This document shows positions 20,579 to 29,722 of a stretch of DNA of 64,000 bases, piece after piece. The translations under genes were made by a program, and so were the position numbers. Within the stretch, counting starts at the first letter, position 1; each line of letters opens with the position of its first letter. The DNA comes from Polyangiaceae bacterium (GTDB taxonomy: Bacteria; Myxococcota_A; Polyangia; Polyangiales; Polyangiaceae). Location of the stretch: contig CBDCTZ010000016.1 in the NCBI GenBank assembly GCA_965222375.1, positions 1,536,001 through 1,600,000 on the forward strand, given 5' to 3'. Under the pieces are notes generated by a model. The model saw nothing but the letters and a program-made list of their open reading frames with translations. It searched no databases and was not told the DNA's origin.

Positions 20579-21631
20579 CTAGGCAGAAACAGAAGGGCTT
20601 CTCTAGGCGGCTGGGGTGAGGGTGACCTGGAATCCGAGGTTGGTCAGTCTCTGCACCAGGCGACGGGTGGTGCGCTCTTGGTCGCGGCGAGTGAAGTAGT
20701 CGGCGCCGAGGTCCTGGTAGAAAGTGCCATCCCTGATGGCATGTGGTAGGTGGCGGTCAGTATGGAGGCTGCGACAGCGATGATTGCTTTCTTGGGACCC
20801 CGACGGGACTTGAGCCTGAGGAACTGGGCGCGGCGGTAGGAGTCCTTCTTGCGGATGGCGGCCCAGGCCGCTTGGACCAGGGTAGTCTTGAGCCAGCCGG
20901 AGCTCTTTCGCAGTCGCGTGGAGCGGCGCTTGCCGGCGCTTTCGTCGTTGCGAGGGCACAGGCCTGCCCAAGAAACGAGGTGACCGGCGGAGGGGAAGCG
21001 CGTCATATCGATGCCAATCTCCGCGACAATGACGCGGGCGACGACATCGCTCACCCCTGGGATGGACTTGAGTTGGTCGAGGGCGCCACGAAAGGGCTCG
21101 GTGACCTTGTCGACCTCCGCGTCCACGTTGGCAATGGCGTTTTCGATGGCGTCGATTTGGTCGAGGTGCAGTCGCAGCATGAAGCGATGGTGCCCGTTGG
21201 GTCGGCCACGTAACGCCTCCTGCAGCTGCTCGCGGGTGGCTTTCAGTCTTCCCGTCGTGGCGTGGAACAAGCGGGCTGGCTCAGACTCGCCAGCGATAAT
21301 GGCCTCCAGGATGGCTCGACCGCTGACGCCAACGATGTCGGTAACCAGTGATTTGAGCTTGATGTTGGCCGTTTCGAGGACCTTTTGAATGCGCAACATA
21401 CATCACCTGCATGTGTTCCTCCTTTCCGAAAGGGTGGCGTGGAACCCACTTGAAACGGAATCTAGGCAACGTGCCCCGGGGGCCCCTGACACAAGATGGG
21501 GTGCTCGTGGGTCCCCGGTCCAACTACTCCAAGGGCTCGCTGGCACCATTGCGGCTTCGACCTCTCTGCCACCACCCAGCAGCATGGCGCGTTTCCTTCG
21601 ATGTGGGTCCGGCGAAGCCGGGTGGGCCACT
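20579..21631 (-). mobile_element. IS110-family element, internally deleted, inserted in the GGGAGTAGTGGCCC repeat
   Basis: Transposase remnant plus ~220 bp upstream non-coding end; CT present at both junctions (20579-80 and 21630-31). Confidence 0.75.
20603..21412 (-). pseudogene. IS110 transposase pseudogene
   Basis: RBS and MQVMY joined out of frame to RIQKVLETANIKL...IPGV...AEIG...SWAGLCP..ESAGK. N-terminal DEDD domain absent; second frameshift near 20737. Confidence 0.85.
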
Positions 21632-21679
21632 ACTCCCAATGTGGGCCACTAGGCGCGGGAGTCGTCGCGGGTTCCAGCG

Positions 21680-22150
21680 CTAGTCGTCCGCGTGCAGCGC
21701 TGCCATCGCCTCTTCGAGTGCAGGAATGGCGGCGAGGTCCCTTGCTCGGCCCGCGGCGCGCTTGCTTTCGAGGATGCGGTCGAGGTTCAGCACGCGAAGC
21801 GGAAGGTCGTCCACCGTAATGACACTCGAGTGCTCAAACTCCTCGTGGAATTTGCCAAGGCCATCCATGTGCGTCACGACGTCCAGCCGGTCCCCAACTG
21901 CGTCGCCACCAATTTGCGGTGGACGCATCCCAAAGCTCCCGCTGACCCAGATCCCGTCTGCTTCTCTTATCGCCTCGGCAATGCGAGGATCGCTCGTGTC
22001 CTCGAACCAGAGGTCGATGTCCCGAGTCGCGGTGTTGGCCCCTTGGAGCACGGCGGCGCTCAAGCCGACGATCATGAAGCGGACCTCGTTTCGCTTCAAC
22101 GCGTCGAGCACGGCGCGCTCACCCGGAGTGAACGCGGAAAAGTCGGCCAT
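21680..22150 (-). CDS. Putative nucleotidyltransferase (minimal NTase-like)
   Basis: IVGLSAAVLQG...TRDIDL; C-terminal SKRAAGRARDL. Confidence 0.75.
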   Translation of the reverse strand: MADFSAFTPGERAVLDALKRNEVRFMIVGLSAAVLQGANTATRDIDLWFEDTSDPRIAEAIREADGIWVSGSFGMRPPQIGGDAVGDRLDVVTHMDGLGKFHEEFEHSSVITVDDLPLRVLNLDRILESKRAAGRARDLAAIPALEEAMAALHADD

Positions 22151-22343
22151 GCTGCAATGCCGCCCGAAGGCGCTCGTTCGGGGGTTTCTCTAGGTTCCGC
22201 AACACGTGGTAAACGCCGCTGACGTCGACTCCGCTGCGCTCTGCGATGCGGTGCGCCCGTTGCCAGCGCGCCTCGTCAGCGACGATCCACGCCCGCTGCT
22301 CAGGCGTTAGAGCCGCTAGTTGTGCAATATCAGGCGTCGACAC
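22119..22343 (-). CDS. Small partner protein upstream of the nucleotidyltransferase (antitoxin-like)
   Basis: 74 aa ORF overlapping the NTase start; GVDVS...NL..PP.ERL motif. Confidence 0.55.
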   Translation of the reverse strand: MSTPDIAQLAALTPEQRAWIVADEARWQRAHRIAERSGVDVSGVYHVLRNLEKPPNERLRAALQHGRLFRVHSG

Positions 22344-22443
22344 GAGTCGAGTTTAGCATGAGTGGTCAGTCGCGTGTCGGGGCTGGCTTTGCCCGTGTGG
22401 CGCCGCCATTCCGTCTCGCACTCCGACGCGCCACGCAGGGAAA

Positions 22444-22938
22444 CTACACCCACTTCGTCATGACGATGGAGTCCACAAAGCCGTCGCCGACCATGACAGC
22501 GTCCCTCTTTACGCCCTCCACTACGAAACCAAAGCGCTCGTACAGCGCTTTGGCCTTGGGGTTGTTGCCCAGTACCTCCAGCTCGAGTCTGCGAACTTCT
22601 GGGTGCTTCCTCGCCCAATCGATGAAGGTTTCCAACAAGTCCGATCCGACTCCCTTTCCCCGATGGGACTTCAGGACCGCGATTGCCATCGAACCCGCGT
22701 GGCGGCACTGAGCCGTTGAAGCGAACGAATCGAAGCTCAGGACCCCGACTACCGCGTCGCCTTCCACGGCCAGGAGCAGCAGTGAGTGATCGTCGTCATC
22801 GTATTTCCTGTGCCAAGCCTCCTGCTGCACGAGAGTTGGGACTTTGGCCGCGAAAATGGTCTCGAGCCCTTCGGCGAGAATCCGCTTCCGGAACTCGAGA
22901 GTCCTCGGCGCGTCATCGATAGTTGCCGTGCGAAGCAT
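22444..22938 (-). CDS. GNAT family N-acetyltransferase
   Basis: AVLKSHRGKGVGS and NPKAKALYERFGF. Confidence 0.9.
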   Translation of the reverse strand: MLRTATIDDAPRTLEFRKRILAEGLETIFAAKVPTLVQQEAWHRKYDDDDHSLLLLAVEGDAVVGVLSFDSFASTAQCRHAGSMAIAVLKSHRGKGVGSDLLETFIDWARKHPEVRRLELEVLGNNPKAKALYERFGFVVEGVKRDAVMVGDGFVDSIVMTKWV

Positions 22939-22948
22939 GTCGAGTTGT

Positions 22949-24208
22949 TCAACTACCTCTACGCGCTCGTCGACGGCCCGCCGCTACCAGACCGACCAGC
23001 ACCAGGAGCGACGTGCTCGTGCCCGTTCCTGGAAGCCCGGGGCGCGCAAGCTTGCAGCTGCCGCCATCGTGCGCGCGGTTCGCGCGACCGCTTTGCCCTC
23101 CGCTTCCGGCGTTGCCGCCGTTCGTACTGCCCGCGCTTCCGGCGTTGCCGCCGTTCGCACTGCCTGCGCTTCCGGCGGTTCCGGTTCCACCAGTTCCGGT
23201 TCCACCGCACTCGACGGCGTTTGCGTGCGCTTGGCACCAGATGCTCGTGAGCGGCGGGGCTGGTGGGCTCGTGCAAGACTGGACGGACTTGAACCACTGG
23301 TCAGCGTAGTCATGTTGCGGCGCGCCCGACTTGACGCACACCGGAGCCGACTCGGTGGTGGCGCCGTCACGCAAATCCGTCATGGCCACACGTACGCAAT
23401 ACTCGGGGAGGTCGTCAGAGAAGCCCTGTACCAGCGTCCGGTTCTTCCCATACAACCAACCAGGTGGCGCGACCACGACTGTGCGGGCGGGCGGAAATAT
23501 CGGCGTGCCCTTGCCAGCGACGGGTACGAGCTCGAACAGGAGGGACCGGGTGGTGCTACCTAGCGGGACGTCAAAGGAGACGTGAATGCCTTTGCGTCTC
23601 GAAAGCCCAGCGGGGAGCTGCAGTGATAGCTTTTGTCCGCAATTCCCGTCACTGGGGCAGCTGAGCACGGCACCGGAAAGCTCGGGTACGGTGACGAAAC
23701 TCGAGCTGAGCGCTGGCAGTGCTGGGCCGGACGCGGCCGCTGCGGTGACCGTCAGCTGCTTTGTCAGGTACTTTCCGACGTGAACTCGGTACGTGCCGGG
23801 CGCCAGCGGCGCGCTTGGCCGAAACACGAGAGCTGCGTCGCGCGACGTCACGCCGCCAACGGGGATGCGTAAGTGATCGAGCAACGAGAAGTCCCCGGGA
23901 ACGTTCGTTCCGCCGCTTGCGTCGGCGGTCACTGACACTTCCGCACTGGCAACCGCTTCCGCTTCCGACAGCCCTTTCAGCGAACCGGCGACCACGACGA
24001 CCCCGTCGGATGGCATTGCGGGGTCTTCATTCGGGTATAGAGCCCACCACCCGGGATTGGTTCCGGAAAATCCAGGGTTTCCTCCCGTGCAAGCGTCAGC
24101 GCTCGACACGGCCCGCGGTGACAGCAGCGCAGCCCCAACACAGAGCGGCAGCGCAAGCCCGAAAACCAACGCGCCGCGAAGATGACCTTGCAGGCGCAAC
24201 CGGATCAT
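22949..24208 (-). CDS. Secreted protein with MYXO-CTERM-like sorting tail
   Basis: Signal peptide, Ig-like FRPSAPLAPGTY, Gly/Ser linker, GGSC...LLVLVGLVAAGRRRARR. Confidence 0.7.
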   Translation of the reverse strand: MIRLRLQGHLRGALVFGLALPLCVGAALLSPRAVSSADACTGGNPGFSGTNPGWWALYPNEDPAMPSDGVVVVAGSLKGLSEAEAVASAEVSVTADASGGTNVPGDFSLLDHLRIPVGGVTSRDAALVFRPSAPLAPGTYRVHVGKYLTKQLTVTAAAASGPALPALSSSFVTVPELSGAVLSCPSDGNCGQKLSLQLPAGLSRRKGIHVSFDVPLGSTTRSLLFELVPVAGKGTPIFPPARTVVVAPPGWLYGKNRTLVQGFSDDLPEYCVRVAMTDLRDGATTESAPVCVKSGAPQHDYADQWFKSVQSCTSPPAPPLTSIWCQAHANAVECGGTGTGGTGTAGSAGSANGGNAGSAGSTNGGNAGSGGQSGRANRAHDGGSCKLARPGLPGTGTSTSLLVLVGLVAAGRRRARRGS

Positions 24209-24418
24209 GACGTCAACCTAGCACTCGCCAAGCTGGCTGCCATGACGTTCGAACAGCGCAACAGTGGCGCCCACACACACGTTGCGCCAGATGACGAATC
24301 GCATGTAGAGCATCGACGAACTGCGTAGGTAATGGGACTGATTCTTGGGCCAACCTCAGCGGTGCAACCGCGCACGCCGGCGCGGTTGCGAGAAGTAGGC
24401 ACGAAAGCGGCGCTGGCG

Positions 24419-25000
24419 CTACGCGCCCTCTGCCAAGTCGGCACCGTCGTAGATGTCGCCTGCGGTGAAGCTGCCGTCTAGACCAGTCAAAGCAACGCGG
24501 GAGTCCAACGCTGCGTGCGTGGCGACGATCCACTCGCCACCTTCGGCGCGCCGGTAGTGATCGATACGGCATTCGCGATGGGAGACGATGATGTAGTCGT
24601 GTAGATCGGGGATGCTCTGATAGCTGACGAATTTCTTCCCGCGGTCGTAGTCCTCCGTCGAGTCCGACGTGACTTCGACGATGACCGTAGGGTTGAGGAG
24701 CGATGCCGGCGGCCCTGGCTTGTATTGGCGCTCGCCGCACGCGACCAGCACGTTTACATAGGTGTAGAGACCGGTGGTAGGGACGTGGATGCGCTGATCG
24801 CTCGTCAGAGTCACGCAGGGTTTGCCCCGCGACAACGTACGCAACGAGGCGGTCATGTTCGCCGCAAGCGCGTTGTGGGCCGGGGACGCTCCTGCCATCG
24901 CGACGATGGCGCCATCGTCGAACTCGTGCTTCGTGTCACTCGCGGCCTCGAGCGCGAGGTACTCGACTTCGGTGAAGACCGTCGGCGCGCGTGAAACCAT
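24419..25000 (-). CDS. Uma2 family endonuclease (PD motif altered)
   Basis: HEFDDGAIVAMAGASPAH and VEVTSDSTEDYDRGKK; YVNV in place of YPDV. Confidence 0.85.
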   Translation of the reverse strand: MVSRAPTVFTEVEYLALEAASDTKHEFDDGAIVAMAGASPAHNALAANMTASLRTLSRGKPCVTLTSDQRIHVPTTGLYTYVNVLVACGERQYKPGPPASLLNPTVIVEVTSDSTEDYDRGKKFVSYQSIPDLHDYIIVSHRECRIDHYRRAEGGEWIVATHAALDSRVALTGLDGSFTAGDIYDGADLAEGA

Positions 25001-25101
25001 GCGCTTGAAGACTAACACGCACGTAGCGCCGGCGCCCCAAAACCCGATCGGCCGAGGGTATCAAGCCACGTCCCAACAGCTCTGCGACGCGGCGGTGAAT
25101 C

Positions 25102-25201
25102 TCGACGGTGGCGACAATGGCGGATCTGGAGCCGTACTTGTCGGCGTTGTTCACGCGCGAGGCGCATCCGGTGTGCCCGGACCACGATGCGGAAGGCGTG
25201 G
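25102..25201 (+). pseudogene. uvrA: uvrA 5' fragment A
   Basis: [33 protein letters not shown], near-identical to about 44897-44996. Confidence 0.85.
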
Positions 25202-25205
25202 TCGA

Positions 25206-25329
25206 TGTGCCGAGGGTTTTGTCGAAGCAGACGCACTCAGTTCTTCTTTGGGTTTGCGGTCGGTTCGACGCGCTTCGCGATACCCGATGGGGTGCGGGGC
25301 GCTGTCGGCCACTACTCCTACGCGGGGCC
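25206..25329 (-). repeat. GGGAGTAGTGGCCC-core repeat, inverted copy after fragment A
   Basis: ctcagttcttctttgggtttg...ggccactactcc. Confidence 0.7.
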
Positions 25330-25686
25330 ATGCGGCTCGACCTTCGTTGGGTCATCGGACGCTCGGCGGTGGAGACGCAGAACGCAGAGGGGACAGAAAG
25401 GCGAGCGGCCCCCTGCAGGTCTGCCGACGAGCCCTCACCGGTTGCGTCTTGCCGAACGCTCTCCGGATGATGTTCGTCATGAATCGTCGCCGCGAAGTAT
25501 CGCCCGGTCCGCCACTTCGCGCGTCCGTAACTACGCGATACGCTTCAGCTAAACAGGACATTGCGCGAAACCTGCACAAGTTGCTGGCGACAAGGACAGC
25601 GCGCGATCTTGCGCGAGCCACGCCAAGGATCCATCGTTTCTGACGCAACGAAATCCCGTTGCCAATCCCCACGGGGGTGATACATG

Positions 25687-25710
25687 CCAAGCAGCCAAGC
25701 AGCCAAGCAG
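25687..25710 (+). repeat. (CCAAGCAG)3 tandem repeat directly after ATG 25684
   Basis: ATG CCAAGCAG CCAAGCAG CCAAGCAG TCGCGCG. Confidence 0.9.
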
Positions 25711-25747
25711 TCGCGCGACAACTGCGCGGGTAGCGGCGGGCTTTCTA

Positions 25748-27703
25748 GTGGTGGCGGCGGTGAGTGCCGGCATCGCGTGTTCCGCTGAACAAGGTGAAGA
25801 AGGAAGCGAGCCGGGAATTGTATCCAGTTCCCGGGCACTTTCAGAGTGTGTGGGTACGTTGCACGAGCGCACCCTTGCTCTGCCCTACTCGAAGCGGCTC
25901 GTCACCATACGCACCTGTGTCAAGCCCCCACCTCAGCAGCTCGAGGTAGACTGGATCGTAGATGGCAAGGTCGTCGACCCCGTCAGCGAGTGGCGGAAGA
26001 ACTACGAGGCGTTCGCGACCATTCATCACAAGCTGGATCCCGCCATCGCTGCCACGGCGTCGGGCGAAGTCGACGTGGATGTCTGGTTCGCCGTTGACGA
26101 GCGAGACCTCCCCTCCAAGGAAGTCATGCTGAACGATTCGGGCGCGCGCGTCGCCGCCCAGGCGACTCGGGATGCGCGGACGTCCGCAATGGCGAACACG
26201 CTTCGAAACGAGATCTCGGCGCGCATTCCCAACGCCGTATTCGCGCCACCGCTGGCTCGGCCCATCCCACGGCTGACGCTGCGCGTGCCCGCGACAGCCC
26301 TGCCGCTGTTGGGCCAGTCCGACGAGGTAGTTCGCGTCATGCCCGCCGCCGACCATGAAAAGGAAGTACTCCAGTCCGAGAACTACATTCAGTTGGGGCT
26401 ATTCGACACCTTGGCCGCGTTCGGTTGGACCGGCAGCGGCATCACCGTAGCCATGCTCGAGGGAGCTCAGCCCGACAGCTATGCCAATCTGAATGGTGTG
26501 CCAACCGGTGGCGTGTGCGGAGGGAGTTTCCTCTGCGCGTGCTCATCGGGCAGCACCGACTGGCACATGCGCGCAACGATGGGAATCGTACGAAACTCCG
26601 TCACGGTCTGGGGTGGCGCTGCCAGCGCCGTCACCACGCTGCCCGCAAACTGGGCCGGAGGCACGTGCACGTTGAGCGGTTCCGCGGTCTGGGCACTCAA
26701 CAACGGCGCGAGCGTCATCAACCGCAGTGCGTGCGGTTCCCCAGGCAGCCCGCAGACTGGCACGGACCTTTACTTGGACTACCTGGCCACACAAGGCCCG
26801 TGGCCGACGATCACGGGTGTGACCGGGAACTTCTGGCCAAGCCCGACGCGAAGCTGCATGAACCTGCACAACGGCCTGGTGGTTGGCGCTGCGAACGACA
26901 ATGGCTCCGCGCTACGAACGAACGCGACAATGTCTCCTGCCAGCCAGACGGCCAACTGGGGCGGTGCATCGGGGTGGGAGCTGCCCCATGTCGTGGCACC
27001 AGGCACTGAGATCGACAGCGCGGACGAACTTCCAGGGCAGATCGAGTTGATAGGAAATGGCAACGGGTCATCGAGCTATGCCGCGCCCCAGGTCGCGGCG
27101 GTCGCGGCGGCGGCGCACCAGGCAAACGTCGCGATCAAGGGTTGGCCAGAAGTCTTCATTCCCGCGGTCCTGGTGGGCGCTGACCAAAATGTCGACCAGG
27201 CCATGGGCGGCGTGTTTCCGCTCGACCTGGGCGATACCATTGACGATCGGGACGGCGCCGGGCTCCTGAACGGCTGGGTCACGACTGCGGTGCTCACCGC
27301 TGGCAACAAGCGTGATGGTGGCAATTCGCCGTCCCCCGCCGGTCACGACTACGGCACGTTGACGTTGACTTCCAATGGCTGGTATCCGGAGTTCTACACA
27401 GCTCGCGTGCAGCCCGGGCAGTGGCTGCGGGTCGCGGCGCACGCGATGGCGAATGTCACGTGCGGTGCGCCCGCAACCGAGATCAATTGCACGGGCACGG
27501 CACTGCCGATGTTCTCCCTCTACGCTGGCTCTAGCGTCAACTATCCCCAATTCGTAGGCTACAGCGCGAATCCAAACCAGACCTACCAATACACGGCGGT
27601 TCAAAACACGACCGCAAGCGTGATGGATTTCACCATCGCAATCTACCAATACCAGAGCTCAATTTCGTACAGTACCTTTGGCCTGGCGTGGGTCGCACAG
27701 TGA
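25748..27703 (+). CDS. S8 subtilase-like serine protease, copy 1 (start uncertain or frameshifted)
   Basis: GITVAMLEG, WHMRATMGIV, TGN, PHVVAPG, SYAAPQVA, GAGLLN; lipobox GIAC. Confidence 0.8.
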   Translation: MVAAVSAGIACSAEQGEEGSEPGIVSSSRALSECVGTLHERTLALPYSKRLVTIRTCVKPPPQQLEVDWIVDGKVVDPVSEWRKNYEAFATIHHKLDPAIAATASGEVDVDVWFAVDERDLPSKEVMLNDSGARVAAQATRDARTSAMANTLRNEISARIPNAVFAPPLARPIPRLTLRVPATALPLLGQSDEVVRVMPAADHEKEVLQSENYIQLGLFDTLAAFGWTGSGITVAMLEGAQPDSYANLNGVPTGGVCGGSFLCACSSGSTDWHMRATMGIVRNSVTVWGGAASAVTTLPANWAGGTCTLSGSAVWALNNGASVINRSACGSPGSPQTGTDLYLDYLATQGPWPTITGVTGNFWPSPTRSCMNLHNGLVVGAANDNGSALRTNATMSPASQTANWGGASGWELPHVVAPGTEIDSADELPGQIELIGNGNGSSSYAAPQVAAVAAAAHQANVAIKGWPEVFIPAVLVGADQNVDQAMGGVFPLDLGDTIDDRDGAGLLNGWVTTAVLTAGNKRDGGNSPSPAGHDYGTLTLTSNGWYPEFYTARVQPGQWLRVAAHAMANVTCGAPATEINCTGTALPMFSLYAGSSVNYPQFVGYSANPNQTYQYTAVQNTTASVMDFTIAIYQYQSSISYSTFGLAWVAQ

Positions 27704-27714
27704 GGAGCGAAGCG

Positions 27715-28281
27715 ATGAAGCAACGACTGACGTATCTGCTCTTGCTCTTTCCGGTGGTCGCTCACATCAGCGCAACGGCGTGCGCCAAGGACGAGGGGGA
27801 GCGCAAACCCGACTCGGGAGCGGCGGGAAGCGCGGGTATGGACGGTTCCGCCGGGTCAGCGGGAGATGCCGGCACGGGCACCGACGCAACCCTCGACGGC
27901 GGCGCCGACGCGAAGCCCGACAGCGACGCGTGTCCACCCTACGACTTGAAGAGCTACGACGGAAGCACCGACGGGCTGTGCCCTGCGGAAGAGAACACCG
28001 GCTGCTTCTGCTTCGAGCTGACGCAGGGTGCTGGTACCGAGTGTGATCCAAACGGCGCGGGCTGCTTCATCATTGGAGCGAACTGCGAGCGGTGCGGATG
28101 GCTCGACTGCACATCCTACACCGCAGCCTGCGCGGCCGTGTACTCCGAAGGGGACATCCAGGACGCGAAGGCTAGTCCGTGGAAGAAGCCCTGCGTCAGC
28201 GACAATGACTGCGCACCTGCCGTGACAGGAGAGTACTGCAAACTCCGTGTCGGCAACCGCATGTTCTGCGGCGAGCCCTGA
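27715..28281 (+). CDS. Cys-rich lipoprotein, paralog 1
   Basis: ATAC lipobox, DAG-rich linker, Cys-rich domain ending GNRMFCGEP. Confidence 0.8.
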   Translation: MKQRLTYLLLLFPVVAHISATACAKDEGERKPDSGAAGSAGMDGSAGSAGDAGTGTDATLDGGADAKPDSDACPPYDLKSYDGSTDGLCPAEENTGCFCFELTQGAGTECDPNGAGCFIIGANCERCGWLDCTSYTAACAAVYSEGDIQDAKASPWKKPCVSDNDCAPAVTGEYCKLRVGNRMFCGEP

Positions 28282-28445
28282 GGCGCCACCATCGAGCCTC
28301 GGTCCTGCGTAGCGTCGCGAAGCGACTTGCGCGCACCGATCACCACGCACCATTCGAGCAGTCGTATGCGAGGCGGGCACCTAGCGCGGCGTGGGGCTAC
28401 GCTTCAGCGCGGGCCGGGTGCCGGCTGCAGCACAGCGAGAGGCGA

Positions 28446-29012
28446 ATGATCAAGCAACGACTGACCTATCTGCTCTTGCTCGTGCCGGCGCTCGCCCACC
28501 TCGCCACATCGGCATGCGCCAAAGACGAGGGGCAGCGCACACCCGACTCGGGCGCGGCGGGAAGCGCAGGCATGGACGGTTCCGCTGGCTCGGCGGGAGA
28601 TGCTGCGACGGGCGCCGACGCCACCCTCGACGGCGGCGCCGACGCCAAGCCCGACAGCGACGCGTGCCCACCCTACGACTTGAAGAGCTACGACGGGAGC
28701 ACCGATGGGTTGTGTCCCGCGGAAGAGAACACCGGTTGCTTCTGCTTCGAGCTGACGCAAGGAGGAGGAATCGAGTGTGATCCGAACGGAGCGGGTTGCG
28801 TGCTCATTCCTTCAAACTGCGACCGCTGCGGCTGGCTCGACTGCACATCCTACACCGCAGCCTGCGCGGCCGTGTACTCCGAAGGGGACATCCAGGACGC
28901 GAAGGCTAGTCCGTGGAAGGTTCCATGTGTCAGCGACGAGGGGTGTGCGCCCACGGTGACCGGAGAATACTGCAAACTCCGTGTCGGAAACCGAATGTTC
29001 TGCGCTCCTTGA
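28446..29012 (+). CDS. Cys-rich lipoprotein, paralog 2
   Basis: Near-identical to 27715-28281 and 43496-44065. Confidence 0.8.
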   Translation: MIKQRLTYLLLLVPALAHLATSACAKDEGQRTPDSGAAGSAGMDGSAGSAGDAATGADATLDGGADAKPDSDACPPYDLKSYDGSTDGLCPAEENTGCFCFELTQGGGIECDPNGAGCVLIPSNCDRCGWLDCTSYTAACAAVYSEGDIQDAKASPWKVPCVSDEGCAPTVTGEYCKLRVGNRMFCAP

Positions 29013-29052
29013 TGCAGAGTTCGACGCTGCGACGTGCCTTAGCCTCGCGTCG

Positions 29053-29211
29053 CCTACTCCTGCGTGCGCGGCAGTGTATTCTGAACAATACATCGAACAG
29101 GTGAAGAACGACCCGTTGAGCGTCCCTTGCATCCGAGACAACGACTGTGCACCGACGGTGACTGGGGAGTACTGCAATCAGCGCATGGGCAACCGGATGT
29201 TCTGCGGGTAG
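29053..29211 (+). pseudogene. Orphan C-terminal variant of the Cys-rich lipoprotein
   Basis: TPACAAVYSEQYIEQVKNDPLSVPCIRDNDCAPTVTGEYCNQRMGNRMFCG*, with no signal peptide or N-terminal part. Confidence 0.75.
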
Positions 29212-29232
29212 GCGCCGCACCAGAGTCCGCGC

Positions 29233-29555
29233 CGCGCGGCCCAAGGCGGGAGTAGTGGCCCTGTCTGCACCAGGCTCGCGACCCCCAATCCCCAATCCCC
29301 AGCGATGGCACCCACTTCTCCAGTGTGCCGTTCTTCGGGTCCAGCGCTGCCGAGTGTACGGGGGGTTGCGGAGTGCGAAGTTGAGAGTTTGTATACCAGC
29401 TCTCAACCCGCGGGGATGTGGGGCGCCAAACGCCCGGCTTGGCGAGACGCAGGGGATGGCGGGCTGTGCGCGCCCCTTCCGTCGCGGCGCTCCTTCGGCC
29501 CCGAATCGCGCACCCCCTGTCGCCCGCCGCCGGCGTTCGCTATATGCGCTAGCAA
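29233..29555 (+). repeat. Duplicate of the uvrA upstream region (type 1)
   Basis: Matches about 44290-44611, including the core repeat and the 28-bp palindrome. Confidence 0.85.
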
Positions 29556-29689
29556 ATGCTGCCCATCGAGCTCAAGGGTGCGCGGACGCACAATTTGAAA
29601 GATGTGAGCCTCGACTTGGCTCCGGGCAAGCTCGTGGTGCTCACCGGGGTCAGTGGGGCGGGTAAGAGCAGCTTGGCGCTGGATACGCT
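29556..29689 (+). pseudogene. uvrA: uvrA 5' fragment B
   Basis: [45 protein letters not shown], then diverges. Confidence 0.85.
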
Positions 29690-29722
29690 AAAGCTAGACC
29701 GAAGCTGCATCGTACTGCCACG

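Noticed and set aside
27715..29211. Lipoprotein paralogs as a DGR TR/VR pair
   Set aside because: Differences are block-wise and involve all bases rather than adenines only, which fits recombination between paralogs.
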